NCBI GenBank assembly: GCA_028534125.1 | Contig: CM052816.1 | Span: forward strand, 47,866,001 to 47,930,000 | Length of the DNA stretch: 64,000 nucleotides | DNA from: Lama glama | Taxonomy: Eukaryota | Direction: 5' to 3' | In this document: positions 38,250-51,944 of the stretch, one piece after another | Position numbering within the stretch: the stretch's first letter is position 1 | How the letters are laid out: the number at the start of each line of letters is the position of its first letter | Position numbers and translations under genes: made by a program | Notes under the pieces: generated by a model | Database searches by the model: none | What the model was told of the DNA's origin: nothing | What the model saw: only the letters and a program-made list of their open reading frames with translations

Positions 38250-38937
38250 GCATAAAGCAGAGTAAACAAGGCTAAAACCATGGGTAAGCAACTTCAATGT
38301 CATTTCAAACTTTGGGCAGTATAACTTCGGTGGAAACATGTTTTTTCCTTGGCACAATCTATCAATGTATAGTAGCCTTAAGACAAATTTGGTGAGATGC
38401 ACACAGGGGATTAAATAGGAGCACATGCAAGTCCTATAGGCAAAAGTGGATTCCTTGATATACCCAGGAAAGACAGCTACAATTACCAATGGTACTATGA
38501 GTGGACTAAGACTCAGACTAAGAAGATTTAAAAACCTGAGATAAAAATGATTCTGGAATAGAAGTAGGAATACATTCACAACTAGGAATTTCTGAACACA
38601 ATGGCACAGATACAAATCTAAAAGTAGATAACTATCTTATTATTCTATTCTCTTTTTACTTTGAGCAAAACTTACTAGAGTATGTCTTGTTGACCATCAT
38701 ATCTAATATCCTGGGCTGCTTTAAACTGGCTATTGGTACAGAAAGATTTGAATATGTGAGCTTACATTAATTCTATAGTGTCTATACCCTTTTTGTTATC
38801 AACTTTTAATAAATGACTGCAATTACCCTTTGTAAAATACTGTCCCTTACAGACTTGCTAACTAAATTGACATATATTTCATCTGTTTCTCTTACCTATT
38901 CTCCAGGTGTCAATCTTCCAGGCTTTAAAATTTATAT

Positions 38938-38965
38938 ACACACACACACACACATACACACACAT
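38938..38965 (+). repeat. (CA)n microsatellite
   Basis: acacacacacacacacatacacacacat. Confidence 0.9.
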
Positions 38966-39274
38966 ATAATTTCCATCTATTTTTATGATTCTATGGCTTT
39001 TTAAGTTAATGATTGACTATCTAGACATTGTTGATTTAACCTAATTTTCAATGTGTCTTTAAGTCATTATTTCTACTCTGCAGCCTCTTGCTTCCCGAAA
39101 CTTTTAAATTATCTAATCTCCTCAACCATTGTGTACTAGATGTAGCTCATACTGATTCTCCCAGCCCACTAGATCTGAGATTATTAAATATTCAGGAATA
39201 TTATGAGTGTGTTGTTAAATTGATTATGGTGAGAATATTTATATTCAGGAAATCTGTAGTTCCTACAGTTGAAA

Positions 39275-39385
39275 CATCCACTATACAGATGAGAAAATTG
39301 AGATATAGAAAAGTTCACTAATTTTCCCAAGATCAAAATGTTATTAAGTTGTGGTGATAGAATTGGAACACGGTCTTCTCTGTTA
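39275..39385 (-). mobile_element. MIR fragment
   Basis: tacagatgagaaaattgagatatagaaaagttcactaattttcccaagatca. Confidence 0.7.
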
Positions 39386-41034
39386 GAAAATGCCACGAGC
39401 ATTTTGTGATTCATAGTATAAGACAGTGTTGAAATGGAATTAAGAAATACAGTTCCTCCTATTGTATTTAATCCAGTATAATGTTTGTAGCTAAAAATAG
39501 GGAATGAAATGGCACTGTATGTATTTTGGTAAAAGATATAAATGTAAGAGAATTGCTTCTGTTCCTAAAATAGGGTTAAATCTGTGAGGCTCACTCCATA
39601 GGTTTTCTTCCTCCTAGGCATTTCAAATAAATTTTATGTAGTTGGTACAAAGCTAAATTATGGTTATGGAACTTGATGAGTAAATGTCTCCCAAATTAGT
39701 AAGAATGATAGAGTAAGTTAGTATTACATTTCTATAAATTTCTGTATTAAAATGGTAGTAGATAGAGGTTACATTAAATGGCAAGAAATGTATGTCATGA
39801 AATAAAGACTTAAAATATGTGCAAACTGGGAATGTCTATTATTAATATTAATTGTTATGTGTCACTGGTAAATTGAACCAGTTCATTTCCCCTCCACTAT
39901 CCAACTCCACAAACATTCACCCCTAAGTCACAACCTACCTTGCCTCTATCCCTTGCTTTATAGAGTCATGCTTCCTTTAAGGACCAGCTACTTATTCTTT
40001 TCAGAGAAAGTTGTCACCATCTTTCCTGCAGAGCCAGCTTTTGGAAATCTTTTCTTTAAAAGATCTCAACAGGAAAACTCGTTATCTCCTCTGACTATGA
40101 CTCAGGCTGACCAGAAGTCCCTAAAGATAAGAGCTCACTTATCAGAGGCTTCTTTTCCCTGTTGATTTCTTTATACTCCTTTAAAGCTTTTCTCTCAGAA
40201 TCATCTTTGTAGCACATTCTGTCAACTAACTTCTGCATCATTTAATTACTGTTTTATTTTGGCATTAAAAGCAAAACCTTCATCAGGTAATGAACAGCCT
40301 TTGAATACTGGGAGATCCTTCCACTCTCTCAGTCTCTTCATTGAATTGTTAACCAGTGATCACTGATTAAGGTTTGAACTTTCCTCTCTTCCCACTGCTA
40401 CAATCTTAGTTCAAACATTTATCATATTGTTTGCATCAATAACAAGTCTTTTTGTTGTTCGCTCTTCATCAAGCTTTTGCCTCCTTCAAAACATTTTAAA
40501 ATGGCCATCAGTTACTGTTCCAAAATATAAATCATATCACATTCAACCTACACAGGGTAGTTTTTATATTGTTAGGACTCAGCACTATCTAGATCAAAAT
40601 TTATAGCTGTAAAATTTTAGACCCATCAAAGATAATCCATTGTTCAAATATTTTGTTATTAATAATGTTCTTCTGGCAATAAATACTATAAATATTCTGT
40701 GGAAATGCAGAAATACATAAAAATGTTAAAATTACTCAGTGATACCACTGTTAATATTCTGTTGTATCTTTCAACATACATGTAGATTTTTTGGCTGTGA
40801 TGCTTAGTAATGTCATAGAACAGGTGAGCCCAGTATGATGATGGTTGAGATGAAGCTGCCCTCCAAATAGATGAGGCAAATACTACTCACATTATTTTGA
40901 ATGAAATAGCATTTGGTTTGCTTTCTTTTTCTCCCTGTCTTGGTAAGAATGGCAACCTCTTTAAAATGTTAACTCCAAAACCATTCACATTTAAATCAAA
41001 CAACTTCTGATTTTATTTTTTATCACCATAGTGA

Positions 41035-41880
41035 TCATTCAGAAGCATTTATTCACACTTTGTATAGGCACCTAATGACTCACACAGTAGATGAATAAAT
41101 AAGCTGTGTTCTTGCCTCCGGGACCATGTAATCCAACAAGGGGAGTTGTGACAAGCACATAAATTCTTTCTAAATGAACTAAAATGGCACCAGAGTAACT
41201 AGAAACAAGGTGACTGAGTGTTTCTGAAAACAAGATTGCGTGCTTTCTGCTAGGGTCACAGAAACTTCATGGACAGTGAGCAGTTAAACTGAATTTTGAA
41301 ATGCAGGTACATATGTGGAGGAACTATTAAAACCAACAACCAACCAGAGAAAGGAAAGCTGGGAGTATGTTTAAGCTATGTCACCAAGTGTGTGATGACA
41401 TGCAAGACAAAGCCGGAAGATGGGTCATGATGAGGCAAAGGAGAACCTGAATCGAAGGAGCAAGTATTCTGTGTTCCCTGCTAGAGTGGGGGCATCCTTG
41501 AGCATTTCTGTTCAGAAAAATGACAGAATTATAGTTGTGCACTAGGGAGAAGCATTCAGCAGTGGGCTGTAAGATCCTTGAGGGAGGGAAGAGCGCGGAG
41601 TTGGAGAGAGCAGTTTCAGAGTGCAGGTTAGAGGAAGTGAGGGCCGGGATGGCTGTAGTGGTTGTGAAGCCAGGAGGGAAAGCAAGAGCTTAGGGAACAG
41701 TGAGCACTGGAGGGGCCTGGACTCACTGGCTCAATGTGATGAGGAGAAAAGGCAGAAAAGGCATGGAAAATATCACCAACATCTTAGTCCAGGATAACCA
41801 GGAGTTGAGGATGTCCTGAAGAGATTTTTTCTAAAAGCTGGGGTGGATTTCGGCGGAAGACGACTGGTTTCAGCCTTGAG
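41035..41880 (-). mobile_element. L2 fragment
   Basis: Starts with the tail cattcagaagcatttatt...cttgcctcc..., followed by the purine-rich decayed L2 body. Boundaries approximate. Confidence 0.55.
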
Positions 41881-41959
41881 GATTTTAAATGTTGGTGAAC
41901 TCTTACTATGGGGATACTTCTCAGTATCGGGCTCAGTTTACTTTTACTTTCAAAAGTTT

Positions 41960-42014
41960 TACTACAACTGCTACTTCTACTACTACTGCTACCACCACCG
42001 TCACCACCACTACT
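41960..42014 (+). repeat. Compound (TAC)n/(CAC)n trinucleotide repeat
   Basis: tactacaactgctacttctactactactgctaccaccaccgtcaccaccactact. Confidence 0.85.
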
Positions 42015-42652
42015 TTGATTCAACTATTCCTCCTTGAAAAGGAAATTCAGACCACTTGTCTTGGTTATACTAATTTCTTTTTCCTCTTCAGGTTTTTATG
42101 TCTAAGATGTTTCTATCCTGCAGTCATGGCCTCCCTCTTTAGAGTGTATCTCCCAGTCCTTTCCTCTCTGTCCTGCCCTATGATCTTTGTGTCCTGCCTG
42201 TAATCTTGTTTTGACTGCCCTCACTGATCTGGCTAACCTTGAATCATCCTGTAACCACGACCTTGCCGGGAGTGTACTGTTTTTGTCTAGTGAAAGGGAA
42301 GGATATTCACCTTAGAGAGGCATGCTTGAAACCAAAGTTCAGTGAAATATTTTGTGTAATACTTGATGGGAGTGGAGAGCAGGTACACCGTATGCTCTTT
42401 GAAAGTATTTGGCATGAAACTCAAAACTCGAAACTTGGGCAAGCTGTCATTTGCTGTTGTTACTGAACCATAATTCAAAGTTTGGTAAAACAAATCAGCT
42501 TATTTACTATGGTGTGCTAAATGACCCTCTTACCTCCACTTGTTTAAAGGGAATTCTCAGAGCCAAACTGTCATCTTGCAACCCAGTGGTAGTTCCAAAC
42601 TGAATTATAATTGCTTTTGCTCTATATTATAGGTATAAAATACAGGAGTTTT

Positions 42653-42698
42653 TGGGGGGGGGGGAGGGGGATTGTGTGTGTGTGTGTATGTGTGTGTG
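42653..42698 (+). repeat. Poly-G run followed by (TG)n
   Basis: G12-A-G5 then tgtgtgtgtgtgtgtatgtgtgtgtg. Confidence 0.9.
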
Positions 42699-43615
42699 TT
42701 TAAGTTTTACAATAGGGCCATAGCTTCTCTGTTGTGATTCTGGTCCTGATTTCAGTTTTGTCCCTACATTCTTTCTTATAACCCTATACCAGAGGAAATA
42801 GTGATTAGGAATACTGCTAACTTGGAATTTATATAGTTATATAGTAATACTCAATTTATACAGTACCATGTTTGCTTGCAAAGCTTTCTTCCTTTAATAG
42901 TAACATCAGCAATAACTGACAGAATTCTTGTTTCAAGAACAGTGGAAACTGGCACTGATATACCTTGGTCTGTTTACTCTTTAGAGCTGAAGTATCAGAA
43001 AACTCGTGACTGAGCAGTACTGAGACATTCCAACTTCACAGACTTACTGTATACAATTCTGGACTTTCCATTCTAACGTGCTTCATTCCCCAGACCAGTG
43101 ATTTCTTAATAATGTACTCTTGATTACATTCTCCCTCTTCACAACAGTAAGGCCTAACTATCCGTCTGGCTACTGTGTCATGCCCTCTAATCCATGTGCT
43201 ACCTTTAAGGCTTCGCTGGTAACTGCACCCCTACTGAGACAGGGCTGCCTGCACCACAGGACAGCAGGACTCATGCAGCCCAGAAGTCTGCATCAGGGGA
43301 AGGGCAGGGAGACTGCATCATGCTTGTGTGGGTTTCTCAGCACTTGGATTGTGTAATCAAGAGAGATTTTGCTGCTTTCTGGTACCAACGAAATCTCTCT
43401 TTATCATAGGAAAAAGCAAAGAGAAAAGTGATAGAGAAACCAGAATAGTGTTTCCTTACTTTTTTGCAGTTGCTGATATGAGGGAATAAATGGATTTTAA
43501 AGAAATACAAAACAGTTTTGTCATTCATATTAAAATAAAGAAATAATCATACTTTTAAAGTTACTCTATGACCTGCTTCGACCCCTGACTCTTGACTCTT
43601 TTGACTGTTCACTTT

Positions 43616-43680
43616 GTTTTTTGTTATTGAAGTATAGTTATTTACAACGTGTCAATTTCTGGTATACAGCACGATGTCCC
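43616..43680 (-). mobile_element. 65-bp extremely 5'-truncated L1 insertion
   Basis: Reverse complement matches the L1 terminus at about 34958-35019. Perfect 15-bp TSD ttgactgttcacttt (43601-43615, 43681-43695). Confidence 0.92.
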
Positions 43681-44256
43681 TTGACTGTTCACTTTTTGTT
43701 GCTGCTGTTGTTGATCATGACTCACAGATTCCTATTACCAAACTCAGGTTTTTTTGACTTGTCTACGACTTTTTCATTGACTTGTATTCATAAAACCAAG
43801 GTCATTCTCCACAGCAGGATGCTAAAGGCTATGAACTTGTAGCTAAACAGAAACACATATTCCAGATGACAAACACTTCTAGGCTAAAAAATTTAAAAAT
43901 ATGTTTCACTTAAAAAAAAAAACTGAAACTGAAACAGAAGTTGTATCTATTGATATTGCTCTAAGCACCATATTATTTAATTGCTAAGGTTCTTAACTTG
44001 AAAAATATCTATTTTCAGTGGATAGGAAAAGAAATGATATAGAGAATTTACAAACTTAAGATAATAATTCTTCTGAATTCATAAACCAGATTAGTTGATT
44101 TAGAAATTACTGACCCAGTACTAAAATCAAAGTGATAGATGTCTCCAGAAATTTTAGACAATTCTATAATGCAAAATGTTCTAAAAAGCTGTATTTTCCT
44201 CTGAGAAGCTGGTGGAGGGCACGCCTTCTCACATTAACCCCCCTGAACATATTATT

Positions 44257-44672
44257 TGTGGTGAAGATTATCACACTCCTTTGCAGCTCCTCCCATCAAG
44301 AGATGGAATACATTTCTTCACCTTCTTAAACCTGGACCAGGCTTGCCATTTGGTTTGGCCAAGAGAAGGCAATGTAAACTAAGCCCTGTAAGTTTCAACA
44401 CAGCCTTCAGGAAGCTTTTCACATTTCTGCTGACTCTTGGCCCCTTCTGCTGGAAGAGACACATACAGCAGAGAGGAGTCATCTCAGTTGAAACCAGCTG
44501 TCAGCCAGCCTCTAAGGTGACTGTCAGCTATCTGTAGTCCATGAATAAACCGTTCCAAAATGAGCCTCACCAAGCCTAGATGAGCAGGAGTGTCCAGCAA
44601 TAATAGATTATTGTTGATTTAAGTCCTTAAGTTTCAGAATGGCTTGTACATGGTAATAGGTAACTGATGACA
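44257..44672 (+). mobile_element. MLT1 (F/G/H-like) MaLR LTR
   Basis: tgtggtgaagatt...ctttgcagctcctcccatcaagagatggaat... ends ttgttgatttaagtccttaagttt...aataggtaactgatgaca. Confidence 0.7.
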
Positions 44673-47179
44673 TTGCTCTTTGGCTCTTTCAGATCCTATG
44701 AAAGTGGCCTGTTTTCTGCCCACCTCTTCAAAATGATGATTGTGAGTTTCATCTGTCATAAACTTGCAGGGAGTTTATAAGTAAGGGAAGTCTCTAGGTC
44801 TAAGTGTGATGCCATCGAGTGCAAGTCCTGGACCTTGCTATGCCAGGTGGCTGAAAACTCAAAGGAGGAGCTTTCCTGGTTTCTCAAAGCATATTGGCTA
44901 AAATGGTTTTAATATTAGCAGTCACTATACAAATATTCAGAAGAAGTAATTCCATCCCTTGCTTTTGTTATTCTATTATTTAATAAAATTCACCTTCAAG
45001 AAGTTTGGTTTTGTGCCTTGGATAAAATCCCTTTTTGGATTTTAGACTCATTCTTAAAGTTTTCTTCTAGGGGGTGAAACTCATTGGTTCCAAGGAGGCT
45101 AAGAATTTGTCACCTGCTCTGAATACACAATCAGCAGTACCCAGGGCATAGTCAATAGATTTCCCCATTACATATTAAGCTTCTATTTTGTGTTTACTTA
45201 TCACAATAAGAAAATATATGATGAGTCTAAAGTTTTGAACATTTGTAGCATCTCATATGTCTTCATTGCTGAAATACACTAGAGAATATCAGTACAACAC
45301 ATCTCATGAGTACAAGGAGTAGACATTGAAATCCACCACCAAAGTAACATACGAAGGAGAACACTTTGCTTTTTGACTAAGTATCTGCTTAGATTTCCCA
45401 TTTCATTTGGAAGGTCGCTAGAAATTTGCCTTCTGGTTCACAAGAGTAAGATAATCAGCTGGTTTATAGCAAATTAATGAAAGCTACTTGGAGGTTCATT
45501 TCAATATTCCTTGAACCTCTTTTTAGTCTCCTTTACTCACAATTGGTCTCAATATCCATGTGTGGTTCTTAGTTCCATGTCTGAATTGTACACTCCACCT
45601 ATGGCTACTCTCCAGAAGACCTCTGATTACTTTACCCCTTTAAATGCATCATGACCTTTCTTGGAATCCATCATCTACCAATCATACATTCATTTATACT
45701 AATTGCACTAATATGTTACCACATTGATGTCACTTCCTTTGTGGAGAGATACTGTATTTGTGGTTGTTTGAAGTCCTCCATCTCTAAATCTGAGGAAGAG
45801 ACTAATCAATGATAACATTTCTGACACTACATATTTATTAAGGGAGCCCAGCAAAACCTCTCATATCAGTTGTCTGCCATCTTTGTTTTTAGACAGTACC
45901 CCTTTTGGATAAACACTTCTTTTCCTTTCTTGCTGTATTCCAACCAGATCAGTGTCTCAGTCCTAAATGTAAGCAGGTCAGTTCCTTGACACACTTGTTA
46001 TGCACACTCCTTTCATAGCTGCCGGCTCATTGAGTAAGGAAGAGGAGAGGGAGGGTTACATGTGAACACATGCTTGTGTGCCTCCAGGGTGAGTTATCCT
46101 TTCCATTCCACTTGGCTCCTCACCATAACAAGTCATGGGTATTTTGCAGTTTGACACCCTGAAATCTCTCAGGGAAGAGTTATTCTGTTTGCAGCTGCTT
46201 GAACTATTCAGATTCAACAAGCACCGTTTGGTAAATGATGACATCTGTTTGGTACATGATTCTGTAATATAGGCACCTGCAATCTTTTTGGTTGCTATGG
46301 CAATTTGGGTAGAGGGACTAGTTGGCAAGTGGATATAGCTTTTGCTCAAATAGGACTCTTGGATCTCCTGGGCACAAAGCCCTGCCAATGCCACGACAAC
46401 CAACTAAACAGATAGGAGGTCAAAGAGTAAAGAATAAATGGAATTTTAGGTCAGTAGCACTCAGCTGAAGGCAAGAGTAGGGAATATAGAATGGCCTGGA
46501 ATATACATGAAGAATTGCTAACCTTGGTCCTCGTGACTTTAAAAAAGTTAACAAAAGATGCCAAAATGCTTAATTCTTGGTCACTTACTAAAAGGTAGGC
46601 TACATTCTAGGAAAATGAATCCCAACTTGATATTATATATGCACAATTAATTTAAATATCAAATTCTGAAATGCTGGCACCAAGGCCAATTCCAGCTGAT
46701 GCAATTTTCTCAGATTAAGTTTCAATAAATATAACATTTCAAAGAAAATTACATTGTGATACTGAAGAAAAGCCCTATTGCAAAGGTAGATCACAGCCAC
46801 ATCTGTCATAAAAGGACTAAGAAGGAATGCTGATTGGTAGGAAGGAGTCAAGTCCCCCTGTGTTAAAGTATAAGATACTGGAGGATAATTTTCCCCCACC
46901 AGGTTCTAAAATTGCTCACATAAAATTTCTCATTTATTCATGTAAACTCGGCTACATGTTGCGAGAGGAAAAATTAAGGATTTAGAAAGGAAAAATGTAC
47001 ATTAAATTTATGATGGCAATTTTAGATTTTGAATTGAAGTTGCCTGAGTGTTTGGCCATGAGCTTCTGGCCAGTGATTTTAGCATGAAAAAACCAAGGAG
47101 GGGCCTAAAGGTAAACTCCAGTCCCAACATTCATTTGGGAGGCACCTGACACTGGGCCTGGACAACTCAAAGAATTCTT

Positions 47180-47385
47180 AATGTTTCTCATCCTGGGACC
47201 TTCCCCAACTGTGTTGTGGAATTACTGCAGCAGGACCACCTGAGCTACTGCAGAGTCAAAACTGCAGACTCTAGACCTTATCTCAGATATTCTGGGTCCA
47301 AAGCCCTTGTGGCTGCAGCTTGAAAAAAATGCATATTTAATAGGCTGCCAGGGTAATTCTGATGCAAACTCCCTTTTGGAACATT
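47180..47385. mobile_element. MER5-like hAT relic
   Basis: tgcatatttaataggctgccagggtaattctgatgca; highly decayed. Confidence 0.45.
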
Positions 47386-50174
47386 AATAGAGAAATATTC
47401 TGCTGTATACAATTTTATAAAATACAAACAGTTTCTTAGGCGTAGTACACATGATGATAAGAATAGTGAGAAACAGAATTATGTCCATTATTTGGGTACA
47501 GTTTGCTTCAGCTGTCTGAGTGGTCAAAATACATGAAGTCTCCACCTCAAGTCATTCTCTTTCCTCTGCCTTAACTTAACACAACCTACTGCTGGTCCAG
47601 CAAAGCTTGCCATCCCAGGCTCAACAACCAAACTTCTCTGATTGGCAGCATCAGTAGGGTCTAAGGATTTCTCATTTGTTAAATTTGTCACTGCCATGTT
47701 TCTCTGCCCTTTTTTGTATTTGACCATGATAGAGTTCAAATGTGTTTCATATCTGATGTCTTATGAGCATTCAAGCATGCTTGCTGATGTACCTTCAGGA
47801 AAAAATGCACCAGGGATAGTGACTGGGGTTATCTTCCAGAATTGGATGATTGGGAGATAACTGATATTTTTAAAGTTATGCATGTGAATATTACCCACTC
47901 TATTTACTAATCAAATTAATTTTTAAATTTAATCAAAATTAACTCTGTATTTATGCCCTCCATAATACTAAATTCCTTAGACCTTAAAACTTTCCTTCTT
48001 TATAACTCCAGTAAGCCTGTATACAAAATAAAATTTCATAAATGTTGTTGAATCAGTTTTGGAATACAAGAGAATAATTTTAAATTTCTAGTTTGTACTT
48101 TAAAAAAGCATTGTCCTATTTTGAAACTTAAAACACTATGCTTCTTTCAAAGTGCTGCACTGACTTTTTCACATGGGCTTATTAGACTAGACTTCTTTCA
48201 GGACCAATGAAGTGATTCACCTCAGACAAACTTCCAAGGAGACAGAATCTCTGAAATGTGGATTGCTGAAGATATTTTAAAATCTAAATCTTAATTAATA
48301 TGTACTGTAAATGGCTAAACCTGGGGCAAGGGCTGAGTCACAAACTGTTCTGTACTAGCTCTGAAGATGCCTAAGGTTCTCATTTTGCTTTTGTACTTCG
48401 AACGGTACCTCCAAGGAACAAATCTAAGTAAATGAATGCTTGTAAAACCCCTTCTTAACGTTAGTTCAATACTGTGCAGTGTTCTTATTCATCTGGCAAA
48501 GCCATTAAACTGATAAAAATTTTACTTAAAAGAAAAAAAATATTCTTAGAGTTGCTCAACAGTTGATGCCTTTTTTTTTGCTTAGTCATTGTGAATAATA
48601 AATAAATGGAGCATTAAACAAACAAAAAGACCCAACTTCTGATAAATATCAAGCCATCTATTATCAAATCAAAGATTCACAGACTTAAAATGTTTCAGCA
48701 CAGGTCATTCAGTCCTGAATTGAGTTTCTGATTATTTCAGTCCTTGCTAATCTTTTCCTCTGTGAAATTTTACAGCAAATTTGCATTCAAATGATGTAGT
48801 TTAGCATCTAATCATTACCCATTTCTTAACTATTATTTCATATAAATATACATACAAATTTAAAGATACCAATATATACTTAAAATATAAATATATAAGT
48901 TTCTAATATATATTTATACATGTGAATGCACACATACATACACTTTAACTGTTTTATGTATCTCTCTTATTTCTGCCATTACACATTAATGTCTGAGAGC
49001 AGAAACCGTACCTCATACTTATGTCATTCTCCACAATCGTGAGCACACTTTGTGACAAAAGGGAACATGAGAAACACATGGTTCGATAGTAAGCGCCGTT
49101 ATATATCATGACAATCAATTGCCTTCCCAAATCCACGTTACAAATAGAGGTTTATAAGTCAATAAAATACAAGCCATATAATTTCTCTCCATCTCCATTT
49201 CCCTCTACCCAGCCATTTCCTGCCAAGAACTTTCACCAGCTCTTTAACAGTTGTTCATCTTTAGGAGGCTGGTTGCCTTGTGGTTGCTTTTAAAAATTTG
49301 CCTTCCTTGAGGTAGATTATATTTTTAGATAAAAGAACAGATTAAGAAGTTTTAAAATTAAGCATTTATCCTCCCCATTTTTTTCAAGCAATACAAATAT
49401 GATTGTACTCATACTTTTATGTGTATTCAAATTATGATTTAGGGACAAGATATCAGTTAAAGAAACATAAATTTTCTGATATTTCAATCACTTAAATCCA
49501 AATGTACTGTTTAGGCTAGCCAATTCTAATTGTATTTCAATAATAGAGTTTATTATTTTATGAACTTAAAAAAACACACAGAGTCTCTCTTAAATTTGTT
49601 ATTATCGTATGTTAATCATGGTGAAACTGAGGCATGCATCTTTGAGGGACGTTACACAAAATCCCTCAGCAACGTGAGGACTGTCCTCAAAATCATTGAG
49701 AATAGTACGGAAACCACTAAGAACACAACTGTGTAGGCCTCATCCTCAAAGAGGTGCCACTCAGGAATCCGCATTTTAAACCACAGCTCCAAGTAATTCT
49801 GTTTTAGGCTCTAAGAACACACTCTGAGAAATGCTCCTTTATGCAGGGTATCCTGTGTGGAATCAATTTAAACATAATTGAAATAAATCAGAACAATTCC
49901 AAATGTCTTCTGCTTCTGTCAGATAGCTAAGGCTTTGATGATAAAACCAGAAATAATGCAGGGATACCCCTAATCATGTAATGCCTTCTTTTTTCTCGAT
50001 AAACTTTCTGTACTGGATAATAAATAAAATAAAAAATTTAAACTGAAATCTATTTGCACACCAGATCATGTTAATGTAGTCTTTTTTTTTTAATGTAGTC
50101 TTACTTCATGACCCGATCCTTTATCTTCAGTGAGAATCAAAATGCAGAGCTCTTGGGCAAATGGAAATAAAGAT

Positions 50175-50398
50175 GGCTAAAGTTTACAGAACATTCCCAA
50201 CAGTCTATATACCTTATGCATTAACTCTCAGCAACCTATGTGAAATGGTTACTACTACCACCCTCTTGCAGATGGAAAGAAGTGAGGTCTCCTCCCCCCC
50301 CAAAAAAGTATCTTGCCCTCTTATAAGTGATGGTGCTCCATAGGCTTGAAATACAAATTTTTGTCATTGCACAGTTCAGACCTTAATCATTGTGCTAC
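50175..50398 (-). mobile_element. MIR fragment
   Basis: ctctcagcaacctatgtgaaatggttactactaccaccctcttgcagatggaaagaagtgagg...cttaatcattgtgct. Confidence 0.6.
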
Positions 50399-50509
50399 TA
50401 CATGACCAGCAAGTTTTTATATGATTTTTATGTGTTTATATAGTCATTTTAATTGAGAGGAATTATGACAATTGGGAATGACACCTCTATGATACCTGGG
50501 AAGAAGGAC

Positions 50510-51479
50510 CCTAAAAGGTCAGGTTTCCTAAAAGTAGAGCCTGAAATGGGGCTTTATATTTGTTACCTATTGCTGCTGTAATGAATTATTACAAACTTGG
50601 TGACTTTTAAAATGACATGTTTATTATCTCTCAGCTTAGTAGGTCTTAAGTCTGATATGGTTTCTTGGAGCTAAAAATCAAGATGTCAGACCAGGTGATA
50701 CTCCTTTCTCAAGGCTTAAGGAAAGAGTGTTTATTTTCCTTTTCTAGCTTTTAGATTCTGCCCTTATTCCTTGGCTCATGGCTCACATTATTTTTAAAGC
50801 CAGCAATGATGTGTGTCTGAATATTCCTCTGTAGCCGCATCTCCCTCTGACTCTGACCTCTTCTTCTTTTTTCTACTTTTAGGGACTCCTGTTGTTACAT
50901 TGGATCTACCCAAGTAATTCAGAATAACATTCCTATTTTAAGATCAGTTGATTAGCAATCTTAATTCCACCTGCAACTTTTCCCCTTTGCTGTGCAACCT
51001 AACATATTCAGAGATTCTGGGAGTTAGTATTTGGACATCTTTGGGGGCCATTATTCTACTTATGACAGGATTCTTATTCATGTGATTTATTAGTATTAGT
51101 GTTAGTAGAACAAGAGGGAAGGAAGCAGGATAGTACTGGAGATCAAAGCTAAACCAAGACGTGATCTTAGCTGGAGACTAGCTTCAGCCTAAACCCAAGT
51201 AAAAGCTCTGGAACACAAAGTGAGCCACGGGTTAGTTCCAACAATGAGTTTCCAATGAGGCAAAGTGCCTACTTGGGGTCTGGGCATGGTCAGAGCCTAC
51301 AAGTCAAGGTGGCGTCATTTGTTCAAAAGCAATTATTGGGAGAAGGGCTGGGCAGTGACACGCAGGAAGTTCCCACCGTTCTTCCCTCAGAGTCAAAGAT
51401 CATCATGGGCAACATTCACAGCAACTGGGAGTTGGGTGCCACTTCTATTAAAGAGAATTTGGGCAGAGTATCCACTACA
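50510..51479 (-). mobile_element. LTR16-like ERVL LTR interrupted by MLT1D
   Basis: aggtcaggtttcctaaaagtagagcctgaaatgggg | ggattcttattcatgtgatttatt ... agtatccactaca. Confidence 0.65.
50555..51067 (-). mobile_element. MLT1D-like MaLR LTR
   Basis: ctattgctgctgtaa...gattagcaatcttaattcca...ggacatctttgggggccattattctacttatgaca; 5-bp near-TSD ggctt/ggatt. Confidence 0.8.
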
Positions 51480-51554
51480 GACCTCATTAAGGGTTGAACT
51501 GAACTGTATTAAGGACACTAATCATATGGATTAGGATCCACACTAATAACTTAA

Positions 51555-51944
51555 TTACTCATGTTGAATTGCATCCCCCATCTCCTGCCAAAAAAAAAAA
51601 AAAAGATATGTTGAAGTCTTAACCTTCAGTAGCTCCAAATGTGATCTTTTCTAATTCAGTGTGACTAGTGTTCTTATAAGAAGGGGAAATGAGAACCCAG
51701 AGACAGGCATGGCAAAGGGGGAGATGATGCACAGGGAGAACTCATGAGAAGAGAAAGGATTAGAGTGACGCATCTACAAGCCCAGGGACCTCTGAGGCTA
51801 CCAGAAGCTACAAAAGAATCATTCCTTCCATAGCACCTTCAAAGGGACCATGGCCCTGCTAACACCTTGATTTCAGAATTGTGAAGCAATAAATTTCTCT
51901 AAGTTTATGGTACTTTGTGATGACAGCCCTCAGAAACTAATACA
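51555..51944 (+). mobile_element. MLT1B/C-like MaLR LTR
   Basis: gttgaattgcatcccc...agatatgttgaagtcttaacc...catggccctgctaacaccttgattt...cagccctcagaaactaataca. Confidence 0.8.

Noticed and set aside
41784..42203. ORFs with poly-Thr/Ser/His/Tyr runs
   Set aside because: Translations of the (TAC)/(CAC) microsatellite.
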